38,373 nucleotides of DNA from a virus (Duplodnaviria > Caudoviricetes), in the IMG/VR virus record IMGVR_UViG_3300044724_000147, positions 1 through 38,373 of that record; one strand, written 5' to 3'. Shown here piece by piece: positions 25,839 to 37,000 of this stretch (positions are counted from its first letter, which is position 1; each line of letters opens with the position of its first letter). The notes below the pieces were generated by a model. The model searched no databases. It was given only the letters and a program-made list of their open reading frames with translations, and was not told the origin of the DNA. The position numbers and the translations under genes are program-made.

Positions 25839-27997
25839 ACATAATAGAGCTACAGGACAATCTAAAAGAATTACCAGATAGTGCATTGATGAAAGAGATG
25901 CAGATGCCGTCAGGTAATGCACCACAATTCCTTGTCCTGAGCGAATTGAAGCGTCGTAAGCGTATGCGTGATGATTTCCAGCGGCGTGAAGCAGCAGATA
26001 TGCCTACAGTTGCAGAAGAAACTATAACCGCAGCAGGGATGCCACAAGAAGGTATTATGCAAGCGGCTAGTGCGATGGCACCAAAAAGTTCAATTGCACA
26101 AAACACAGGCATGGACATGGCTATGCCAATGCAAGCAACTCAAGCACCACAGCAGCCACAGATGATGGCAGAAGGTGGTATCATGCGCCTCAATGAGGGA
26201 GCTAAACTAAACTCATTACAAAAACAATTTAATCCTGCCGTCTTAGAGCTTTCTTTAGGGGGTCAGTATGGTTCTGATGTTCAAAGAGAAGTTGTCGGTA
26301 ATGCTCTTGCAGGTGCATATGGCCCTGAGATGCAGTCAAATGTCTTGGCACAAGCTAGAGATGGTGCGTATGGATCTTTTATACAAGAGGCAGTGCTAGG
26401 AGCTGTATCACAAAATGCCACGCCAGATCCTTCTTCAGGTTTCTTTCCTAATGATGCCGATCTTGCCACCGTGGGTGGCGAAGGTATCGGAAGTGTATCA
26501 GCAGATATAGAAGATTTTGCCGCTACAGATGATGGCATATCTGCTCAAACAGATGTAGCAAATATGTTAGATGTAATGTCACAAGCCAATCAAGGAATAC
26601 CTCGTGAAGGTTTGCCTGAGTTTACTGACAACGATCTTAGATTTAGTAGAGGAACCGCTTCTTCACTTGCTCCTTCAGCAGGTAGTGAAGCTATAAACGA
26701 TATGAGAGCTGGTGCTGATCTAGCTCAGTTGAGTGGTGGCATTGGTCGTGTGTCTGCTGATCTATCTAATGTAGAAACCGCACCTCAAGGTATAGACTTT
26801 AATGCTGCTGAGTCTGTGGACTCTGAGTTACCTATTCGTGGTGCAGATACGAAAGCTTCTCAAGAGTTAGCTGAATTTTTAGCAAGTCGTAGATCTGATG
26901 TTCCCGGCGCTAACCTTCCCGGCGATTCATATGTTTACGAAATAGATCCAAATGCAGCCCTAAGAGCTGGAGAGTCTTTATCTTCTGATGATGATGTAGC
27001 TATGGCTGATCTTATGGCTCAAGCTCAAATTGAAAGAGAGGGTTTTGGCGCAGGTCAGGTGGCATCTACTTTAAGTGGTGATAATTTCAGCAATGACCCA
27101 ACCACAGGCTACTCATATCCAACAGACTTACCTCCGCTTGACCCTAGAATGGAAGGAAGGGAGGTTGCTGGAAGAGTGATAGATGCATTGACAGAGGGTG
27201 AAGGTGGTGGTTTGCCCGAAGGTATATACGGTGGATATGAAGATCCAGAAGCAATAGCAAGACGCCAAGAGATAGAAAGAATGATTTCCTTAGAGCCGTT
27301 AGGTGATGGAATGCAGGGTGATGTTGAGACTGTAGTGGATGAGGCTGCTAAGAAAGCAGCTCAAACAGCGATGACTACAGGAACAGGACTTGTTATACCT
27401 TCAGAAGAAGATGGTGGTATAGCATCACTTCTCCCACCATCACTTACAGGTGGTGATGCAGGTGGTGATGCTGGCGGAACATCTACGGGTAGCGCAGACT
27501 TTGGATCTATTGAGTCACGTATCGCTCGTATGCTTGCTGATCGTGAGAAGGGTGCCGAAGCTGATAAGTGGATGTCACTGGCACAAGCTGGTATGGCATT
27601 GATGGCATCTAAGAATCCAACCTTTGGTGGTGCATTAGGTGAAGCTGGGCTTGCAGGTATAGGTTCAATGCAGAAAGCACGTAGTCAGTATGACAAAGAT
27701 ATACTTGGACTACTTGGTATGCAGCAACAAATCGAATCAGCTAAAGACTTGTCTTCGTATCGACAAGCAAGTCTTGATGCTAAGGATGATAAAGCTGGAC
27801 TAAGACCTTCTGATCTGATTGGTTATCTTGGTACGCTTCAAAAAGAACAGACTGATCTTACCAAGCAGTTAAGTGAAAATCTTACTGGAGACCCTAAGCT
27901 TACACAGCAAAGATTAGCTATAAATGAAGTAGAGATTGAGCGTATTAAGAGAATGCTAGGATATGGTGGAACTTCAGCAACAGACTTAGCCGATTAA
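25835..27997 (+). CDS. internal virion / ejection protein
   Basis: PQFLVLSELKRR; MAEGGI; acidic disordered middle; WMSLAQAGMALMAS..PTFGGALGEAGLAG. Confidence 0.7.
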   Translation: MNIIELQDNLKELPDSALMKEMQMPSGNAPQFLVLSELKRRKRMRDDFQRREAADMPTVAEETITAAGMPQEGIMQAASAMAPKSSIAQNTGMDMAMPMQATQAPQQPQMMAEGGIMRLNEGAKLNSLQKQFNPAVLELSLGGQYGSDVQREVVGNALAGAYGPEMQSNVLAQARDGAYGSFIQEAVLGAVSQNATPDPSSGFFPNDADLATVGGEGIGSVSADIEDFAATDDGISAQTDVANMLDVMSQANQGIPREGLPEFTDNDLRFSRGTASSLAPSAGSEAINDMRAGADLAQLSGGIGRVSADLSNVETAPQGIDFNAAESVDSELPIRGADTKASQELAEFLASRRSDVPGANLPGDSYVYEIDPNAALRAGESLSSDDDVAMADLMAQAQIEREGFGAGQVASTLSGDNFSNDPTTGYSYPTDLPPLDPRMEGREVAGRVIDALTEGEGGGLPEGIYGGYEDPEAIARRQEIERMISLEPLGDGMQGDVETVVDEAAKKAAQTAMTTGTGLVIPSEEDGGIASLLPPSLTGGDAGGDAGGTSTGSADFGSIESRIARMLADREKGAEADKWMSLAQAGMALMASKNPTFGGALGEAGLAGIGSMQKARSQYDKDILGLLGMQQQIESAKDLSSYRQASLDAKDDKAGLRPSDLIGYLGTLQKEQTDLTKQLSENLTGDPKLTQQRLAINEVEIERIKRMLGYGGTSATDLAD

Positions 27998-28009
27998 AGA
28001 GGTTAGAAT

Positions 28010-31000
28010 ATGGGTGTTATAACAGTTCAAGGGCCAATATCTGGCAGACCTTATTCTATAAATATATCTGGAGATGCTCCCACCCCAACAGAACAAGCTA
28101 GAATAGATGAGTACTTAACCCAGAGCGAAGCTCCTTATGCGGCAATGAGCGAGAGGTTATTTGGGGAAACTCAAGGAGATCCTTTAGCAGAAGATCCAGA
28201 ACCAGAGGGCGGCTTTGGTACTGCCGTTGGCATGGGTGTTGACCAACTGCAAAAAGCATATGGCTCTACCCTTGAGGGTATAGGGTCTATCTCAGGTCTT
28301 AAAAGCCTACAGAATTATGGTGAGTCTGTTATCGATGCAAACGAGCAGCAGATAGCAGAGAAGGCACAGGCACTCACTCGTCGTGAAGATATAGATAGTG
28401 TAGGTGACGCTCTAAGTTTCTATGCTGAAACGCTAGGTCAACAAGTTCCACAGCTTGGTGTAAGCTTGAGCGGTGCGTATGCAGGTGCAAAAGTAGGTGG
28501 TGTTATTGGTGGAGTACCCGGTGCTGTTGCAGGTGGTCTTATTGGTGGTGCATTAGCAAATTTTCCTTATTTCTTTGGCAGTAATGCTCTTGCACAGAAA
28601 GACGCGATTGATCGCGGTCTTAGGGTTGAAATGAATTATGGGGCAGCGGCTCTGACTGCGATACCTCAAGCTGCATTGGACTCAATAGTTGATAGATTAT
28701 TGATTGGTAAAGTTCTCAATCCAAAAATTATAAGTTCTGGTGGTATATTCACCCGTGCTGCTAAGGGTGTGGGTGCTGGTACTATAGCTGAGGTACCGAC
28801 TGAGATAGGACAAGAAGTTCTTAATAGGTATCAAGCAGGTCTTCCCATAGGTGATGAAGAAGCATTGAAGGTATATGAAGATGTCGCTATAGCAGCAGGT
28901 CTTACAGGCGGTACAGTTCGAGGTGCAACCAATATTATCGGTGGTGATATCGGTGCGAAGATAGACGAAGAAGAGAAGTTTAAGCAGATAGGTGAGGACG
29001 CAGTAGAAGACGCTGCCCGTACTCAGGAGAACATCAACCGCATCAAGGAGTCAGAGCAGAGAGAAGACGAGGATATTACAGTTGATCCTCTGGCAGAACA
29101 GCAAAGGCTTGATAGGATAAAAGAACTTGCCACTGGCAAATATACTCCAAGCTTACCAGCCCCGATGCCACAAGAGACTGACAGACTGTCACCTCAAGAA
29201 GAGATGATAACCCTTGGTCAGGCTGCTCGTGAAGCTACGCTACCATTTAATCCTGTGCCTATGTCTCAAATACCTCTGAATGAAAGGCAGTTAATACAAC
29301 GTACACGCCGCGCTCAAGGAACAGATGAGACAGCTCCAGCAACGCTTGATGAATTACGTCGTATCGTTGGAGAGAATGCAGCCACAAGAGAGGCATCGAA
29401 ACAGAAGCCTGTGTCTAGCGGCACTGCTCGTTACCAGCCAGTAGAAAACAAATCCTTTACTCAGGATCAGTTTGATCGCGCCGTGCAAGAAATCAAGGCA
29501 CAGAAAAAGTACACGTTTCCAGCAATCCAGAAAGCTGTGCGGGCAACAGGAGTTTCTAGAGTTCCTCGTTCTATGGTCTTGGATATACGTGATGAGATGG
29601 TTAATCGTGGTTACCTTCGCCGTTCAGACAAAGCAGCCAACGGATACGCCGTAGAGCCAGATGTAGAATCAGTATCAGATGAGATTGCATCCTATCGTAA
29701 GACAGTATCTGATCTTACCAAACAAATTGAAACATCGAAGCGTGAGCGTGTCGGTGTATTGGAAGAGTCTAGACGTGCAGATCAGGTGGAGAATAACCCA
29801 CGTAAAGCTCGTGAGCTTAATCTCAGAGCAGATGAAATAGAGTCACAGATCGGACAGGCAGAGCAAGCAATAGCAGAGACAGAGGATCGCATCGCTCGTG
29901 GCCCTCAGTCTACAATGCTGCCTACAACAGAGAGACCAAGTGGTGTAGTGTCTCGTGCGAAGATGGCGGTTGAAGTAGATAGTCCACAGTCTGAAGGGCA
30001 GATAGATGCATTGCGTCAGACAGTTGTGAACTATGATGCTGAGATAAAAGCACAGAAGAAAAATCTAGCGCAGCTCAAGCGTCAATCCAAGAAAGTAAAC
30101 CTGCCAAGACTAGAGCAGGGTGTGATCTCTGAGATAGAGGCAGACATAGAGCAGAAGACTTACCTCAAAGAGGCTGCTGAGGCTAGGCTTGCGGCACCTT
30201 CTTCTCCTGTTCAAGTCGCCCCAGAGAAAGCTCAGGGTAGTGTGGCTCGTAAGGTTGCGAATAGAGCTGTTAATACTACACGTAAAACAGCTTTCAACGA
30301 TCAAAGACAGAGAGTGTTCAACGCTCTACGTCAGAGACTTAACAAGCTAGGGCTACCAGATGTGCAGCTTACCGCTGAAAAGGTAATAGCCCCTGAACTG
30401 TTACAGGATGCCAGCCCAAGATTTGCAGAGGGTGCATTCACTGCTACTGAGGCCAATACAAAGCACAATATACCAGCCAATAGAATAATCGCTCTGTCTA
30501 TGGAGACCGCAGATCCAAGCAAGTCTGCACAAGAACAGTTTGATATTCTGAAAAGTGTGATGAACCACGAGGTTATCCACGCCCTAAAGAACCTTGGTGT
30601 ATTCTCAGATGCTGAGTGGAATAGTCTTACAAAGTTTGCTGCCAACCGTAAGTATGTTCACATCAAGAACGGCAAGCCAGTAGAACGTAAGTATACTTAT
30701 CTTGATAGAGCCAAGTCTATGTACCAAGGCATGGGCTTGAACGATGCATCTATTGAAGAAGAGGCAATCGCTGAAGTCTTTCGTGATTATGCTGATGGCA
30801 AGATCAAGGTTGCTGGTCGTCCAAGAACATTGCTTGAGCGTATCAAGAACTTCTTCAATGCTATCTTCAGAGCCAATCAGGACGCTGGCTTTAATAGTGT
30901 CGAAGACATATTCGATAATGTTAAGAGCGGTAACATTGGTAGACGTGAGCGTGTCATTGCTGACCCGACTGACACAGTCGAGGCTCAGTCCAGAGCATAC

Positions 31001-34000
31001 TCTATCAAACAGTTCTCACCTGTATTGCCCGTGGCACCAGAGGGTACAAGGAGTCATCAGCTACCTCATGAACTATTGATAAGAGGAAATGGAACGGAAC
31101 CAATAGTTTCCATTACACAAAAGTATGCGCCTACTAATGCAGCAGAAAATAATAGTTCAATTGAACAAATTATTCAGAACAATCCAGATGCACTTATGTC
31201 AGTAGATGGCTGGATGAAAGCAATGCAAGAAGGATTGGGTGGTGACTTCATACCTGCGCCACCACTTGTAGCCATTGAATACTCACGTAATCCACAGGCT
31301 ATGGCTGACAAACTAGCAAAGCTTACACCTGAGTTAAGAAAGGGTGTAGACGAAGGCTTCAAGTTTGTTGATCAGATTAGAGATATATATGAAAGTGGAC
31401 AAGCAACGCCACGTATGACATTGGACTTGTTTGTATGGGGTATCTTGTCTCGTGGTGCTGGCCCAGTACAGCAAGAGGGTGCGTTTATCGATGTGATAGA
31501 TAGTGCATATCCTCTATTAGAGAAAGCTACGCGGGAACCTCTCACGGAAGATGACGTTGATAGATGGATGACTACAGTATCATCTGTAATTCCAGAAGGA
31601 TCTCCGGGCAAACAGGTTACTATGAATGTAAATGCTGCTGCCAAACTCATAAAGGGCATGTCTCAGTACGTTGGAGATACAGGAAGAACAGTTCTTGATG
31701 TAATGCATGAGGGTATGTCTGATCCTAATGTGTCAGCAGCGAATATTCGTGAAGCATTCATGTCATCAGAAGCAGGTCAAATAGACAATAAGGTTGTCTC
31801 TTTTATTCTTCTTGTTAGTGGCAAGGATGATGTTCTTGTTATGGATCGCATACAAGGTCGTCACCTATGGGATGATGGTCGTTACGGTGGAGCTAATATT
31901 TATGACGGCATTAATGGTAAAGCCAAAGATGGATTAAACAAAGTTGTAAAGGGGCCAGTCGGCAATCTCATGACACGCCTACTTGAGAACGGCATGCGTA
32001 AGAATGTGCAGAAAGCTTACGAGCTTGCTGGCAGACCACAAGATGCGTCACTTGGTAGATGGCACTGGGAAACATGGGTCATCGAAGGTGAGCAAGTCGT
32101 AAACCACGGCACGTTGCAAGCGGTTATAAACGGATCACCAATTGGTACATCTGTAACCGAAGGTAAGACAGACACGTTCTCATCAGGCATGACGTATATA
32201 CGTGGTGAGAATGCCACTGTTGTAGAGTATCCTTTGTCGGATGGTGGTGTCGTTTACATGTCACCTGTAAGGTTCAAGGACTTTACTTCTGAACTAGCCA
32301 AGGACGCAGGTCGCAAGAACTCAAAGACAAAAGTATTTAAGTCTGGTAACTTCAAGGTTACTGCAAGGGCTGACATCCCTTGGTTCGAAAGAAAAGAAGT
32401 AGACAGAGAAGCTTTAGATAATTTAGCTAGGGAGTATCAAAATGCAAAACCCAATGGATCAATTCTTAGGGGCGATGAGAGGGTTGGAGAAGGCAAGGAC
32501 GCCTCTAGACGGGGAAACTCTCCCATCGACAGACGCTACAGTCTTGGGTTCCTCAGAACAGAAGGCGTTCGATCCGAACCGCAGGGAGGTCGAAGAGGAC
32601 GGGATCAGACAGGAAGGCTTGCGCCGCTTGAAGGTGCGCCAACGGTCGAAGGGGCGGCAGGGCCAGACGAAAACCTAGTCTTAGTTGCAGAGCAATACGC
32701 TCGTGAAAATGGTATAGACTTAAGAAGACAATCAGAATTTGTTGTCGTTGATGAGACCAGAGCAGGTAGGATAGCTCAGGCATACGAGGATATGGAGAAT
32801 GCTCCTCAAGACCCAGAGGTGCAAGAGGCTTATCAAAATCTTATCGCACAAACCAAAGCGCAGTACGATGCACTGATAGACAACGGGTATGAGTTCACAT
32901 TCTTTGATGCAAACACAGACCCATACGATGGAAATCCTTGGAATGCTATGAGAGATCTACGTGCCAACAAACGTATGGCAGTCTATGGAACATACGATGG
33001 TTACGGCACTGAGGGAATTACTCAAAGAGAGTTAGATGACAATCCTATGTTACAGGACACTGGTCTTAGATGGAAAGATCAGAACGGGGTCGAGCGTCCA
33101 GTTACTGCAAATGATTTGTTCCGTGCAGTCCATGATGCGTTTGGTCATGGTCTTGAGGGCGCAGGATTTCGCGCTCGTGGCGAAGAGAATGCGTGGCAGG
33201 CGCACGTCAGATTGTTTACTGGTTCAGCAATCCCTGCAATCACATCTGAAACACGAGGCCAGAATAGCTGGCTAAACTATGGCCCATTCGGTGAGACAAA
33301 CAGAACAGCGCAGCTAGAAGATACAGTCTTTGCGGAACAGAAGACAGGTCTTATGCCAGCGTTTACATGGCAAGAGGGTATCGCTGGTAGCGTAGAGCCA
33401 ACGATTGAAGAAGAGTTCGAAGGTGCTTCCATTGTTGATAACCTTCCAGCGTCTGATCGTTCTTCCATTGAGCAGCTACTAGAAGGTCAGCCTATGACCT
33501 CCAAGACATCGTTCTCAGTGGCACCAGCAAATCCAAATGAATTAGTTGCAGCACCAGTTAAAAACAAAGACGGATCTACAACTCCTGTCTTTGGTTCTAT
33601 TATGGACAGAGGCAAGCTAATACCAGTCGTGCTACCTGCTGGAGAGCATACGGTATTTGAGCAAGATCGCAGAACAACTGAGGCAGGTCGTGGTCTGTAC
33701 CACATAAAACAACGTGGTCATGAACGTGAGCTTATGCGTTTCTCTAAGTATAAGAAAGCAGAGAACGCAATGTATGATCTTCTGCGTCGTTGGCAGAACC
33801 AAGGATACGAAGACGGCACTGATGTAATCGGATACCCAAGTCGTGGTGGGTTTGTTCTTGAATGGAAGAACAACATACCGTTTAGCGCACCGTCAATGCA
33901 GCTTGTACTCAAGCCTCGCAAAATGGGCAGCGGATATGTCTATGACATCCAAACATTCTTCCCTGATCTTGCCAAGAAAGATCGTGCTATTGTCGATGGT

Positions 34001-37000
34001 CGTACAAGGTATAGTGTTGCGGCAGCAACGGATTCAGCAGCGTTCTTTGATGATGCAGCATTAAGACAAGCAGCTAATCAGAATGACAGGTCTCGTGAAA
34101 TACTTTCCACAATGCCAATACAAAACTTTCTATCAGCAGCTCTGTCTGGAAGAAGTGTAGAAAAAGAAAGTGCAATTGAACAATTATTAAGATCTGGTGA
34201 AAAGTTTGAGAGCGTTCCTATGCTATACGTTAGGAACAACGGAGACGGAACTGGAACTGTAAGCGGTCATGAAGGCCGTCACCGTGCGAGAGCGTTAGAA
34301 AATCTTGGCTACACAGAAATGCCAGTTAGGATAATAAGTCAGGGCGGCGATGGCCCAGCAATACGTTGGGGTCAACAAAACAATATCAGCAGTTTTGATT
34401 ATGTTCCGCCAGAGCAGCGTCCTAGCGTTTTAATCGGTGAGGACGGCGATACTGTTCCAATGCCAGACGTTACCTACAGCACTCCTAATAATCGTTATAG
34501 CCTAGCTCCAGTTCAATACAGCATGAACACATTAGCTGGTCAGGTTCAGCAAAAAGAAATCGATATCAACTACGCTCGTGCTTCTGACTTCATAGCCAAG
34601 GGTCTTGGTGTTGTGATGCCAAAGGACAGAGCGCAAGCTAAGGCCGACACCATCCTTCGTAAGTTCCAAGATAACATGCTGCCCGTTGGTCGTATGATAC
34701 AGGAGCTAAAGGCTGAAGGTCTGAACATCACAGATGCTATGGATACATATCTTAGGGAAGAGCTGTATCATGGTGTCGTTGGTAATGAGGTAACTGCAAG
34801 ACAGGAAACTATTTATAAAGACGCAGTCGATGCGGTTAGTGAGATTAATATTACTGAAGCTCAGATGAATCAACTCAAAGCGTTGTCTGATGCGAACGCA
34901 AAAGGCGCAAAGGGCTTCGTGTCTCAGGCTCTTGAGACTGCAAGAAGCAATCGTAGTGTGGTCGCTGATGCCTACCTGTATGCCAAGCATGCCAAGGAAC
35001 GTAATGCTTATGTTCGTTCCATAAATCCAAACAATGACAGCGGCTCTGGTATGACTGACGCAGAGGCCAATGCAATCCTGACTTGGTTCTCTGGATTAGA
35101 TACTCAGAATAGCATTTCTCTTGGTAAGCTTGATCGTTCTGTTCGAGCAATCGTACAGGATACTAATCAGGTACGCAGAGACTCAGGTCTTATCCCTGAT
35201 GACTTCGGTGAGATAGAATTGGAAGACGGCACTGTGGTTCAGCGTTCAGATTACTCTGACTATGTTCCATTGCGTGGTAAGATAGATCCTGAGAATGAAG
35301 TGACAGATCCAAGTCGTCCACCAAGAGGCGCACCGTTTGGCGCAAGAGGACGGGAAGACCCTCGTATCACAGGTCGTTATGACTACGCTGAGAGTATTCT
35401 TGAAACAACTATGGTTCAGAATCAGAACTCTATTGCCCGTGGTGAGCGTAATAAAGTTGGTCAATCATTCTTGGAACTTCTACGGGCAGACCCTGAGAAG
35501 ACAAAGGGGTACGCTACAATACTAGACGCACTGCCCAAGAAGGAAGTCGTGCAAGGCCGTAAGGTTATGCTGAAGACTGACACAATGGCTTACCTTGATC
35601 CGTTTATCTACACAGTCAAAGAGAACGGTAAGGATGTATACGTTCGATTAGAAGACGAGAACGTAGCCAAAGCACTGAAGGGTGATGATGGAGTCGGTGC
35701 TGGTGCGTTAGCTCCAGTTGTTAGAGGCATGGGTAAGATCAACAGATACCTGTCTAACATTAACACAAGCTATAACCCTGAGTTCTTTATCACTAACCTT
35801 CTTCGTGACTTGCAGACAGCAGGTGTAAACATTGGTCAGTATGAAGAGAAGGGTTTAACAAAACAGATCATTAAAGATGTTGCCAGTGCATTGAAAGGTA
35901 TCAAGCGTTCCATCAGAGATGGCGATGACTCATCTGAATGGTCTAAATACTACAAAGATTTCGTTGACGCTGGTGGTCAGAACGCTACCAACCAGATGAA
36001 TACTGTCCAAGATCAGATGGATAATGTTCGCAGTTTGCTTGGTGAAATATCTGATCAAGGTCTGCAAGGTAAATGGAATAGTGTAAAGAATAGTTTTATC
36101 GGCAAAAAAACAGGCTCTCTATTTAACATGATCGAGAACTATAACACGATTGTGGAGAATGGCATTCGTGTTGCAACCTATAAAGCAATGCTTGATCGTG
36201 GGTTCTCTCGTGATCGTGCAGCTCAGGCCGCTCGTAACGTAACAGTTAACTTCGCTAAGGGTGGTGAGTACAAACAGTTCATGAATGCGTTCTATCTATT
36301 CTACAACGCATCATTGCAAGGTTCATTTGCACTTTTAAATGCCGCACTGAAGTCTAAAAAAGTTCAACGTATGTGGGCAGGTGTGATAGCAGCAGGACTA
36401 CTACAGGATCAGATAAATGGACTAGTGTCTGGTGAAGATGAGGATGGTCGTAAGATATACGACAAGATACCACCCTATATCTTGGAGCATAACCTTATAC
36501 TGATGGATCCATTTAATACGTTCTCTGATCGTGGGTACATTGCCATACCAATGCCATACGGATTGAACATGGCTCACAACATTGGTCGCGCAACAAGCCA
36601 AGCACTGAGAGGCGGAACGTCACCAGCGAAAGCGACATCATCTATTGTCGGCACTATCGTAGATACAATCAACCCATTGGGTGGGACGGAAAGCTTTGTA
36701 AACTTTGTGTCACCCACAGTTCTTGATCCGTTTGTAGATGTCCTAGAGAACGAAGACTTCTCAAAGAAACCAATATACAAAGAAGGTTACCCGGGAGACA
36801 TGACTCCTAATAGTCAAAAATATTGGTCAACCACAAATCCATCTGCGATATGGGTCAGCAATATGTTGAATGACATGACGGGTGGCACAGCATCTATGTC
36901 TGGTTTCGTTGATCTCAATCCAGATGTCATGAACTTCTGGTTAGAGTATGCCACTGGTGGTGCAGGTCGCTTCGTGCAAAGGGCGGCAGAGCTTCCGTTC

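Noticed and set aside
34510-34523. Further partial palindrome matches (AGTTCAATACAGCA here; GGTGCAATTGAGGA near 17862; TAGAACTT near 1655)
   Set aside because: Only one half-site matches, which is within chance expectation.
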